A stretch of 64,000 nt of DNA from Eubacteriales bacterium (GTDB taxonomy: Bacteria > Bacillota > Clostridia > Oscillospirales > RGIG5299), in assembly GCA_045588575.1 (NCBI GenBank), contig JAZNEJ010000008.1, positions 197,492 through 261,491 on the forward strand, given 5' to 3'. The translations under genes and the position numbers were made by a program. Shown here piece by piece: positions 23,097 to 31,400 of this stretch. The notes under the pieces are model-generated. The model was not told the DNA's origin and made no database searches. It saw nothing but the letters and a program-made list of their open reading frames with translations. Every line of letters starts with the position of its first letter. Position 1 is the first letter of the stretch.

Positions 23097-24095
23097 TCAC
23101 TCTTCTTTTTGAGCTTCGGCATCTTTTGCGGCTTTTAACTTTTTCTTTCCCGAAATCAAATAAAGAATATAAGAAAAAGGAATTAAAACCACATAATAAA
23201 GAAGATGCACCAAAAGACCTGCCTGCAAGCCCTGCTCCTTGGTTAAACCTTCGGCGAGAAACGCCAAAACAACTGCAAGCTCGAAAATACCGAGCTGTCC
23301 GGGAGTTGAGGGAATTAAAATTGCAAGATTTATAAAGCAGATAACTGAAACGGCAAGCTTAAAGCAGGTAACGAAATCGAGATTTGAGAAAGCCATGAGA
23401 ACAAGAATTATTGAAGCAAAGGTAGAAAGCCAGCAAAGAGCGGAGGTGATGAGCGAAATATACCAGCCGCTTGAAGAGAGCATTGTTTTAACAACAGAGC
23501 GCGATTTTTTAAAGATGAGCAACACTAAAACCGCAAGCATTAACACCAAAAGAAGCGCAATAATTGCAGGCACCCAAAAATCCAAAAAGGTTAAGGTATC
23601 GGTTATGTAGTTATTTTGGGAAAACTGCAAAATACCACAAAGGAAAAGGAAAGAAAAGAGCATAACGCCATCGAAAATAACTCCGGTGCCGAAAAAGCGA
23701 AAACGCTTTTTAAGGGGCATACCCTCGGGGTAGAAGGAAAGACGAATTCCCTCGCCGAGCTTAAAGGGTAAAACGAGATTTAATCCGTTGCCTATAACGG
23801 TAACGTTAAGAGCGTCTTTAAAAGAAACCTCACCCTTTGCATAACCCATTGAAGCGCAAAGCGACTTAAAAACGGGGTTAATTGCAAAAACGGGAATTGC
23901 AATTAAAAAATATTTCCAGTCAATAGTTATGTGTTTGATGAGCGAAAAATTCATATCTTTAATTGTAAGATATGAAAGAATAAGGACGACGACCGTTAAA
24001 ACGATTGAAATTATAAGCCTTGTTAAATTGTAAACCTTTTTGTTTTCTTTAAACGCTTTGTAGCTTTCGGAAACAGAAGAAAAAATATTTTTCAT
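23097..24095 (-). CDS. lysylphosphatidylglycerol-synthase-TM-region (UPF0104/flippase-like) membrane protein
   Basis: 332 aa with about 8 TM helices and overall resemblance to the UPF0104 family. The family call is from memory only. Confidence 0.6.
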   Translation of the reverse strand: MKNIFSSVSESYKAFKENKKVYNLTRLIISIVLTVVVLILSYLTIKDMNFSLIKHITIDWKYFLIAIPVFAINPVFKSLCASMGYAKGEVSFKDALNVTVIGNGLNLVLPFKLGEGIRLSFYPEGMPLKKRFRFFGTGVIFDGVMLFSFLFLCGILQFSQNNYITDTLTFLDFWVPAIIALLLVLMLAVLVLLIFKKSRSVVKTMLSSSGWYISLITSALCWLSTFASIILVLMAFSNLDFVTCFKLAVSVICFINLAILIPSTPGQLGIFELAVVLAFLAEGLTKEQGLQAGLLVHLLYYVVLIPFSYILYLISGKKKLKAAKDAEAQKEE

Positions 24096-24113
24096 TTTTT
24101 CACATCTCCCATT

Positions 24114-25064
24114 TTAAATTTTTGCCGGCGGATAAGAAATAGAGTTAAGCGAGCCGAGCGGAGTGTTATCGAATGCGGAATTTTTAAGAGAAATAAGCGA
24201 ATCTATTTCCTTAACGGGCCTGTCGCAATCCTTGGGCCTGAAAAAGCCTTCGCCCGAAAACTTTTCGGGAAGTGAGGGAATAGAGGTGGAAAGCGAAGCA
24301 AATTCAATGTTAAATTTGTTGTAAGCCTTTGAAATATAGCGCGCGGCGGGACAAATAAGCATAACGGGAAGCTTTTTGCCGAGCATTGCGGCGGCAGCGG
24401 CGCGGGCGTGGCCGTCTATTAAAACGGTGAATCCGTTGCCGAGATAAAGAGCAACTGCAAGACCTTGCTTGTTTTTGCCGAAATCAAGCATTTTTTTATT
24501 TAAAACCGAAACGTTTTCAAGCTCGGGCTTTAAGGGCGTTAAATAGTTAAAGCAGTGGTCGATGCTTGAAGATTTTTCAAAAAGCGAAACCGAAGAAGGC
24601 TCCTTTTTGTAATCGGTGTTAAGCGACTGAAAATAGCTTCCGTCGCCCGAGGCGGGATAAAAATCCTTTTTAATAACGAAATAAAGAGAGGGATAAAGCG
24701 AATTTATAAGGTTGTGCGAGGTGTAAAGAAGCGTTTCGAGATTGTTTTCCGAAATGTTTTCGGGAAGAAAGCTCTTGTTTTTCAAAACCGAATCAAGCCC
24801 AAGACCTGCCGAAACCTCTTTTTCTGTTTCTTCGTCGAAAAGAGTTTTAACGGAGCGGATTTTTAAAAGCGGCTTGTTTTTATAAACCAAAATTTCGTGC
24901 GAATGCCTGTCGGACGCGGTTCCGCCTATAAGCTTCAAATCAGCCGAGCCCTTGGGGTTAAAAATGAGAAAACCGTTTTCAAAATCAATCGATTCGGCGG
25001 CGTTGAAGGTTTTCAATATTGAAATTTTCGATTTTTTCTTAATTTTGTCTAATTCCGAACGCAT
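24114..25064 (-). CDS. hypothetical protein with a ParB/Srx-like 'LIDGHARAAAA' motif
   Basis: 316-aa ORF, first gene of a four-gene minus-strand block. Only a short motif resemblance was seen. Confidence 0.45.
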   Translation of the reverse strand: MRSELDKIKKKSKISILKTFNAAESIDFENGFLIFNPKGSADLKLIGGTASDRHSHEILVYKNKPLLKIRSVKTLFDEETEKEVSAGLGLDSVLKNKSFLPENISENNLETLLYTSHNLINSLYPSLYFVIKKDFYPASGDGSYFQSLNTDYKKEPSSVSLFEKSSSIDHCFNYLTPLKPELENVSVLNKKMLDFGKNKQGLAVALYLGNGFTVLIDGHARAAAAAMLGKKLPVMLICPAARYISKAYNKFNIEFASLSTSIPSLPEKFSGEGFFRPKDCDRPVKEIDSLISLKNSAFDNTPLGSLNSISYPPAKI

Positions 25065-25136
25065 TTAACATCAAGTCCTAACTTAAAATGAATGTGAATT
25101 CTTGACAAAGAGATATAAATAATATATTATAATATA

Positions 25137-25484
25137 GCGAGTAAATCGAGCAGTCGCGGCAGAAAAGGGCCGAAAGGCTTTCTGCTGAGGAAAGTCCGAG
25201 CTTCACAGGGCAGGATAACGGATAACGTCCGCCGGAGGCAACTCCCGGGAAAGTGCAACAGAGATATACCGCCTTCTTTAAGAAGGTAAGGGTGGAAAGG
25301 CGAGGTAAGAGCTCACCGAAGCCTATGGTAACATAAGCTTCCTGTAAACCCTATCCGAAGCAACATCGCTGCGGAACAAATGAAGCGGCCCGCTTCGTTC
25401 CCATGATGGCTTGAGGCAGTCGGCAACGGCTGTTCGAGATAGATGACTGCATAGAACAGAACTCGGCTTACGGATTTACTCGCA
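25137..25484 (+). ncRNA. rnpB: RNase P RNA (bacterial type A)
   Basis: Universally conserved 'GAGGAAAGTCCG' and 'ACAGAACTCGGCTTA' segments. P1 pairing is GCGAGTAAATC (25137-25147) with GATTTACTCGC (25473-25483). The 'GGTAAGGGTGGAAAGGCGAGGTAAGAGCTCACC' region is type-A-like. TTGACA lies at 25102-25107 and TATTATAAT at 25125-25133 upstream. Confidence 0.9.
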
Positions 25485-25569
25485 TTTTTCTTATACCTTA
25501 TATAATACTATAAAATAGACAAAAGTGCAATATTTATTTAAAGAAATCTCCTTGGGAGGAAAAAGCAAT

Positions 25570-26601
25570 ATGGAAGAGAAAATCATTTTAAATAGCTCCG
25601 TTCCGCCGAAAAAGCGCTTATTTTCGGCAATTCAGCCCAGCGGCAACTTAACCTTGGGAAACTATCTCGGAGCAATAAAAAATTGGCAGGTTTTACAAAA
25701 CGATTACGACAGTATCTTTGCCGTTGCCGACCTTCACGCCTTAACGGTAAGGCAAAATCCTAATGAGCTTCGCAAAAAAACGCTTGAAATGGCGGCATCT
25801 CTCATTGCCTGCGGAATAGACGTTGAAGGAAGCACTCTTTTCATTCAGAGCCACGTTCACGAGCACGCCGAGCTTTCGTGGATTCTTTCCTGCTACACAA
25901 TGTTCGGCGAGCTTTCAAGAATGACACAGTTTAAAGATAAATCGAAGAAAAACGCCGATAATATAAACGCAGGTCTTTTCACCTATCCCACGCTTATGGC
26001 AGCCGACATTTTGCTTTATAACACCGAGGTTGTTCCCGTTGGAGAGGACCAGCGTCAGCACGTTGAAATAGCAAGAGATATTGCGGTTAGATTTAACTCC
26101 GTTTACGGCGACGTTTTTAAAATTCCCGAAAGCTTCGTGCCCAAATACGGTGCAAGAGTAAAATCGCTTGCCGAGCCCACCAAAAAAATGAGCAAATCGG
26201 ACGATAACGTTAACGCCTACGTGCTTATTTCCGACGATAAAGATACCATAATGAGAAAATTCAAAAGAGCGGTAACCGACTCCGAGGCGGAGGTTGTTTT
26301 CCGCGAAGGAAAAGACGGCATAAATAACCTTTTAACAATTATGTCGGCATTCACGGGCAAAGCCGTTTCCGAGCTTGAAAACGAGTTTGCGGGCAAAGGC
26401 TACGGCGACTTTAAAGCGGCTGTCGGCGAAACGGTTGCCGATGCGCTTAATCCCATCAGAGAAAAATTAAACGAGCTTATGAAAGATAAAGATTACCTCG
26501 AAAGCATATTAAAGGAAGGCTCCGAAAAGGCTTCCTACACCGCCATGCGAGTTCTTTCAAAGGTCTATAAAAAAGTGGGCTTATACCCCAAAATAAGATA
26601 A
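25570..26601 (+). CDS. trpS: tryptophan--tRNA ligase
   Basis: The ATG at 25570 follows GGGAGG. The protein has a class I HIGH-like 'GNLTLGNY' and a 'KMSKS' motif. Confidence 0.93.
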   Translation: MEEKIILNSSVPPKKRLFSAIQPSGNLTLGNYLGAIKNWQVLQNDYDSIFAVADLHALTVRQNPNELRKKTLEMAASLIACGIDVEGSTLFIQSHVHEHAELSWILSCYTMFGELSRMTQFKDKSKKNADNINAGLFTYPTLMAADILLYNTEVVPVGEDQRQHVEIARDIAVRFNSVYGDVFKIPESFVPKYGARVKSLAEPTKKMSKSDDNVNAYVLISDDKDTIMRKFKRAVTDSEAEVVFREGKDGINNLLTIMSAFTGKAVSELENEFAGKGYGDFKAAVGETVADALNPIREKLNELMKDKDYLESILKEGSEKASYTAMRVLSKVYKKVGLYPKIR

Positions 26602-26652
26602 AAATAAGGTGTCGGCAAATATTGCCGACACCTATGTTAAAGGGAAATAATT

Positions 26653-27789
26653 ATGATAAATAAAATTGAAAAAGTTAAAAATGCAATAAATGCCGCAGGG
26701 GCCGACGGAGCTTTAATCGTTTCAAAGGTAAACCTTTTTTACTTAACCCAAAGAATTTTCGACGGATTTATCTATATTTCCGCTGAGGGTGAAACGCTCG
26801 TTTTTGCAAAAAAAGCGGCAAATGCGCCCGAAAACTGCATTTTCGTCAGAAAATATGAGGAAATGCCCGAAATTTTTGCAAATAAGGGCTTAAAGGCTCC
26901 CAAAAAGCTTATGGTTGAGGCCGACAGACTTTCTTATTTGGAAATAACCCGAATTTTAAAGGTTTTCACGAGTGAAATGCTTATTTCGCCCGTCGATGCG
27001 CTTCGAGTTATTAAGAGCGAGGATGAAATTGAAAAAATAAAAAACTCCTGCTCGCTTCATAAGCTTACCTATGAAAAAATCCCTTATCTTTACGAAAAGG
27101 GAATGACCGACAAAGCCATTCAGGCAAGAGTTGAATACGAGATGGCGAAAAACGGAATGCAGGGCGTTAACCGAATTAAAGGCGAGAGTATGGAATGCGC
27201 CGGCGGAATGGTTATTGCGGGCGATAACGCTTTAACCGCATCTCCCTACGATTTCGGAATGGGCGGCGGCGGAACTCAAAGCTACCCCATGGGCGCAAAC
27301 GGAACCGAAATTAAAAGAGGCAACACCGTTTCGTTTGATATGTCGGGCTTTTATAACGGCTGGTGGTGCGATATAACCCGAGTTTTCTCGCTCGGCGAGG
27401 TTAGCGAAGAAGCAAAAAAGGTTCACGCCGTTTCTGAAAAAATTCACGAGTTTATAATGGAAAACGCCGTGCCGGGCGCAAACTGCGGCGAGCTTTTCGA
27501 TAAAATAACCGAAATAGTTTCCGAAGCAGGTTATCAGGATATTTTTATGAACAACGTTCAAAAAAACAGCTTCGTTGGCCACGGAATAGGTCTTGAACTA
27601 AACGAAAGACCCGTTATTGCAAGAAAATCGAGAGACGTTTTGCAAAACGGAATGGTTTTTGCGCTTGAACCGAAATTTGCCGTTAAGGGAGTAGGCCCCG
27701 TTGGCAATGAGGATTCCTATGCAATAATAAACGGCAAGTGCGAGCGCCTTTCGAATGTTTCACGTGAAATTGTCCCCTTTAAAGAATAA
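26653..27789 (+). CDS. M24-family peptidase (Xaa-Pro dipeptidase-like)
   Basis: 378 aa with a creatinase-like N-domain plus the ligand pattern FDMS...CDITR...HGIGLELNE...ALEP...NEDS. Confidence 0.8.
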   Translation: MINKIEKVKNAINAAGADGALIVSKVNLFYLTQRIFDGFIYISAEGETLVFAKKAANAPENCIFVRKYEEMPEIFANKGLKAPKKLMVEADRLSYLEITRILKVFTSEMLISPVDALRVIKSEDEIEKIKNSCSLHKLTYEKIPYLYEKGMTDKAIQARVEYEMAKNGMQGVNRIKGESMECAGGMVIAGDNALTASPYDFGMGGGGTQSYPMGANGTEIKRGNTVSFDMSGFYNGWWCDITRVFSLGEVSEEAKKVHAVSEKIHEFIMENAVPGANCGELFDKITEIVSEAGYQDIFMNNVQKNSFVGHGIGLELNERPVIARKSRDVLQNGMVFALEPKFAVKGVGPVGNEDSYAIINGKCERLSNVSREIVPFKE

Positions 27790-27790
27790 T

Positions 27791-27817
27791 AAAAAAGCCC
27801 TTGCAATAAGGGCTTTT
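27791..27817. terminator. bidirectional terminator
   Basis: AAAAAAGCCCTT gcaat AAGGGCTTTT. Confidence 0.7.
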
Positions 27818-28274
27818 ATTTTTTTTCAATAATTCGAGTCCAGTTTTCCGCAAATTTTTTAACCGCTTTTTTGTGAAGATAATAGGTTTGACGGTCGGAA
27901 TAAATTAACTTATCGGCAACGTAAAACCACGGCCGCCCCTCAATATATCTTAATCTTAAAAGCTTCTCGCAAACTTCGGGAAGGCTTGAAAAAACCTTTT
28001 CGGCATCTTCTCTTTCTTTAACGGTTTTTTCCAAATCGGAAGTTAGGCTATCTAAAATATTTGAAAAGCAAAACGACGTTTTTTCAAGCTTTTCAAGCGT
28101 TTTCTTAACCATCTCCTCGTTACCCCTGTAACGTTCGAGCATTTCCTCATATCGCAACGTTTCAACAAATTCACGGCTTGTTAAAACCCGTTTTATTTCA
28201 TAACTTTTAGCCTCTATTTTAGCAGTAACTCCTTTAATATTTTTTAAAAAAATAAGTGCCTCGTTTTCGGTCAT
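27816..28274 (-). CDS. sigma-70 region-4-like / phage ArpU-RinA-DUF1492-like transcriptional regulator
   Basis: 152 aa. The C-terminal 'LLRLRYIEGRPWFYVADKLIYSDRQTYYLHKKAVKKF' looks like a sigma region 4 HTH. No region 2 was seen. Confidence 0.45.
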   Translation of the reverse strand: MTENEALIFLKNIKGVTAKIEAKSYEIKRVLTSREFVETLRYEEMLERYRGNEEMVKKTLEKLEKTSFCFSNILDSLTSDLEKTVKEREDAEKVFSSLPEVCEKLLRLRYIEGRPWFYVADKLIYSDRQTYYLHKKAVKKFAENWTRIIEKK

Positions 28275-28621
28275 TTTAATCCCTTCCTTCCACGGTCCCG
28301 CGAGTCAAAAAACGACACGAAAAACCAATTTTTTCCATTTAATGACAATAGAATACCATTTTTTGTAAATCGTGTCAATAACCTTTATTAAATTTCTTGA
28401 TTTTTAAAACCGTTTATATTATACTATAATAAACGGCGGAAGCTTTCTCGGCGGAAAGAGGAAAGCCCCGCCTCGTGTGATACGAAAAGCCCGAAAGCGC
28501 AGACGGAATTTTTGGCGCCTTCGTTAAGAGGAGCGGCGTTTTTCATATCACGAAAAAATTATAACTCGGCATAACTGCAATGAACTGCAATTTTAAAAAG
28601 AAGTTGAAAAGGGGAAGAAAA

Positions 28622-29560
28622 GTGAAAAAAACGTTTAAAATACTAATTGGTGCGTGCATTGTAATTTTACTGGTGGTAATTGCTTTTATTTTAGGATTAA
28701 ACGGACTGAAATTTTTAATTTATTCCGATTATTACAAAATTGAGTCCGACGTTTGCATAAATCCCGGACTTAACGACGGCTTTGTTTGTCAGGGAATTTG
28801 CGAGTTTGACGCAAACGGAAAAATTCTCGTTTCGGGCTATATGTCAGACCACTCCGCAAGCCGAATTTACGTAACCGACGAGCAGAATAATTCCTATTAC
28901 GTTTCGATAACCAAAAACGGAAAAGCGTTTACCGGCCACGCAGGCGGTATTGCATCGCACGGTGATAAGGTTTATATAGTAGGCGATAATTCAATTTACG
29001 TTATTAACGCCGACGATATTTTTAACGCGCAAAACGGCGATATCGTTGAAATTCTCGAAGTAATTAACACCGATAATGCAGGCTCGTCCGCTTTTGCCGA
29101 TGAAAATTATCTCTACGTGGGTGAGTTCCACAACGGCACCAACTACGTAACCGAACATACCTATACCACTCCCGACGGCGAATATAATGCGGTAATTTAC
29201 CGTTACAGCTTTGATAATCTCACCGCTCCCGATAAAATTTATTCAATAAGAAACGAGGTTCAGGGAATATGCTTTGCCGAGGGCAAGATTGTTCTTTCCA
29301 CGTCCTACGGATTGGCAGACAGCTACTATTACGTTTATAACGAAGCCGATGCAATAGAGTCGGGATTAACCCATCTCGGCGCACCCGTTTATTACGTTTG
29401 CTCGCCCGAAAAGGTTGTAAAAGGTCCCGCTATGGCGGAGGGCCTTGACTATTACGACGGTAAAGTTATAACTCTAACCGAAAGCGCCTCAAATAAATAT
29501 ATCTTCGGAAAATTCTTCTTCGCCGATAAAATAGTGGCACTCGACCTTTTGAAAGACTGA
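28622..29560 (+). CDS. hypothetical membrane-anchored extracytoplasmic protein
   Basis: The GTG at 28622 follows AGGGGA; the track ATG at 28580 has no RBS. The protein has one N-terminal TM helix and then a beta-rich domain. No family recognised. Confidence 0.5.
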   Translation: MKKTFKILIGACIVILLVVIAFILGLNGLKFLIYSDYYKIESDVCINPGLNDGFVCQGICEFDANGKILVSGYMSDHSASRIYVTDEQNNSYYVSITKNGKAFTGHAGGIASHGDKVYIVGDNSIYVINADDIFNAQNGDIVEILEVINTDNAGSSAFADENYLYVGEFHNGTNYVTEHTYTTPDGEYNAVIYRYSFDNLTAPDKIYSIRNEVQGICFAEGKIVLSTSYGLADSYYYVYNEADAIESGLTHLGAPVYYVCSPEKVVKGPAMAEGLDYYDGKVITLTESASNKYIFGKFFFADKIVALDLLKD

Positions 29561-29571
29561 AAAATCGCAAA

Positions 29572-29608
29572 CAAATCAAAAACCGCAGAGAATTCTCTGC
29601 GGTTTTTT
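29572..29608. repeat. direct repeat copy 1 (terminator hairpin) flanking the R-M cassette
   Basis: CAAATCAAAAACCGCAGAGAATTCTCTGCGGTTTTTTG. It is identical to 31350-31387 except for one G/T. Confidence 0.9.
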
Positions 29609-29694
29609 GTATAAGCAAAACTTATAAAATTTCTTTTACTTGAAAATATGCGGTTGTTGTGATATAATTTTAAAAAATATTTTGGAGGCTTTAT

Positions 29695-30459
29695 ATGATT
29701 ACTAAAATTGTAAAAGGGTGTCCCAAAGAAATTGTTGATAAAAGGAAAAATAGGATTAACGAAGCTCTAAATATCAGCTTTATAGATCCTGAAAATCCTA
29801 CAAAATATATAGTTGATGTTTTGCCCGATGGAACGGAAGTTTTCTTTTTAAAACCCGGAAAAGAATTTTTTAGAAAAAATCAAAATTTAAATGATATGAC
29901 ACCAAATGTAGGCGACCTTTTTACTCGTTTTGCTTTTTCTGATATTTGGAATTTATTATGCAAGTTGAGAAACAGTATTTCTGTTGATAATTATAAAAAA
30001 CTATCTGTTATTTTATATAGAGTGGCCTATTTGCTTGATTATACTTATGTTGAAGGGAAACTTCGTTTTAATCCTTCTAAAGAAATACTAGCCGAAATAG
30101 AAGACATACAAAAAGAGATTGATTCCAAAGGCTTAAATGTAAATGTTCTTGGATTTATTCATTTTATGGACATTTTAGGTTGGAATGACGAAATGAAAAC
30201 ACATGCTGATAATCAAGGCTTAAACTATATATCAAAAAAGCCAAGAATGGGTAGAATTAACACCATTCTTAGCTGTATTTCTGTTCCTCTTCTTTTTCAA
30301 GATTTTGTTGAAGAAGTTATCATGAACAAAGATAATAAATCAAATATCGATTTTAGTGTTGTAATTGATGTGGCGCAAACTTTTTCAAGAACAAGAGGAG
30401 TTTGCCCGTTGACAAACGCTAAGCTAATTAATTATTTGTCTCCGTATTTAGTCCCGTGA
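29695..30459 (+). CDS. putative type II restriction endonuclease (assigned by context only)
   Basis: 254 aa with its own TTGAAA / TGTGATATAAT promoter and a GGAGG RBS. It converges on the methyltransferase and overlaps it tail-to-tail by 12 nt. No nuclease motif recognised by eye. Confidence 0.4.
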   Translation: MITKIVKGCPKEIVDKRKNRINEALNISFIDPENPTKYIVDVLPDGTEVFFLKPGKEFFRKNQNLNDMTPNVGDLFTRFAFSDIWNLLCKLRNSISVDNYKKLSVILYRVAYLLDYTYVEGKLRFNPSKEILAEIEDIQKEIDSKGLNVNVLGFIHFMDILGWNDEMKTHADNQGLNYISKKPRMGRINTILSCISVPLLFQDFVEEVIMNKDNKSNIDFSVVIDVAQTFSRTRGVCPLTNAKLINYLSPYLVP

Positions 30460-31233
30460 TTTGTGGCTAACTTTCAATTTGTATTCTTCAGAAATTTCAC
30501 CATTGTGTTCTAATCTATAGTTAATCATTTCTACATATTCTTTTACCAACTCGGCGCTTATAAAATTTCTGCCGAGTTGTTTTGTTTGAATTATTTCTCC
30601 GCCCGAACCGCCAAAATGAATTAAAACTGTATCGCCTTCTTGTGTTGAAGCTTTAATTAATTTTTCTACGAGCCCTTTTGGAATTTGGCAAGAATGCATA
30701 GTTTTATCTTTTGAAACGTTTTTAACTAAATCAAAATATTGCCAAGAATAAGGCATTCTTCCTAAACTTCCGTTTTTTAAGTTTTCTAATATTCTTTTAT
30801 CTGTTGGGTTTTTATAAGGCTCGGCAACTTGGTTTTTGTACCAATTGTTATCTTTGCTTTTTGTGCAATGCAAAATACTTCTGTGTGCAGTTGTAAATTT
30901 TTTTGGAGAATGTCCAACATTAGAATTATAAACCCAAACATAATCAAAAACATCAAAACAGTTTTCATCTAAAAATTTAACTCGTAAGTAAGCGTTTTGT
31001 TTTGGGTAGTTAATAAAAAACATATTTCCGGTTGGCTTTAAAACTCGTAAAGATTCTTTGGCAAGTTCAATATACCAATCTATATATTCATTAAATTTCT
31101 TTGTGTATGCTGTACCGTTATATTTGATTCCGACGTTATAATCAGGATCGCTGTAAACCATATCTATAGAATTGTCGGGAAGTTGTTTTAATATATTAAG
31201 AATATCATCGTTATAAACTTTATTGAGTTCCAT
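30448..31233 (-). CDS. beta-class N6A/N4C DNA methyltransferase (N6_N4_Mtase family)
   Basis: The ATG at 31233 follows GGAGG. Motif IV variant 'SDPDY' lies near the N-terminus and motif I 'IHFGGSGGE' near the C-terminus, which is the beta-class order. An 'HSCQIP' segment is also present. Confidence 0.82.
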   Translation of the reverse strand: MELNKVYNDDILNILKQLPDNSIDMVYSDPDYNVGIKYNGTAYTKKFNEYIDWYIELAKESLRVLKPTGNMFFINYPKQNAYLRVKFLDENCFDVFDYVWVYNSNVGHSPKKFTTAHRSILHCTKSKDNNWYKNQVAEPYKNPTDKRILENLKNGSLGRMPYSWQYFDLVKNVSKDKTMHSCQIPKGLVEKLIKASTQEGDTVLIHFGGSGGEIIQTKQLGRNFISAELVKEYVEMINYRLEHNGEISEEYKLKVSHKSRD

Positions 31234-31349
31234 TATAATCCTCCACAATTCTTTTTACTATTGAAACAATTATAACATATATTTTAGAAAAGATCAAGTA
31301 TAAATTTGCTTTTTTTAAAATATTTTTTAAAAAATATTTATATTAACTC

Positions 31350-31387
31350 CAAATCAAAAACCGCAGAGAATTCTCTGCGTTTTTTTG
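31350..31387. repeat. direct repeat copy 2 (terminator hairpin)
   Basis: CAAATCAAAAACCGCAGAGAATTCTCTGCGTTTTTTTG. It lies 13 nt beyond the stop of the collagen-like gene. Confidence 0.9.
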
Positions 31388-31400
31388 CGCTTAATTTAGG

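Larger units (their letters stand above)
29609..31349. mobile_element. inserted type II restriction-modification cassette (no mobility gene)
   Basis: A visibly AT-richer 1.74-kb block carrying two convergent genes. It is bounded by 37-bp direct repeats of what would otherwise be a single bidirectional terminator between two convergent host genes. Confidence 0.6.

Noticed and set aside
25485-25569. T-box leader upstream of trpS
   Set aside because: Only about 85 nt separate rnpB from the trpS start. That is too short for a T-box, and no specifier-loop or T-box sequence is visible.
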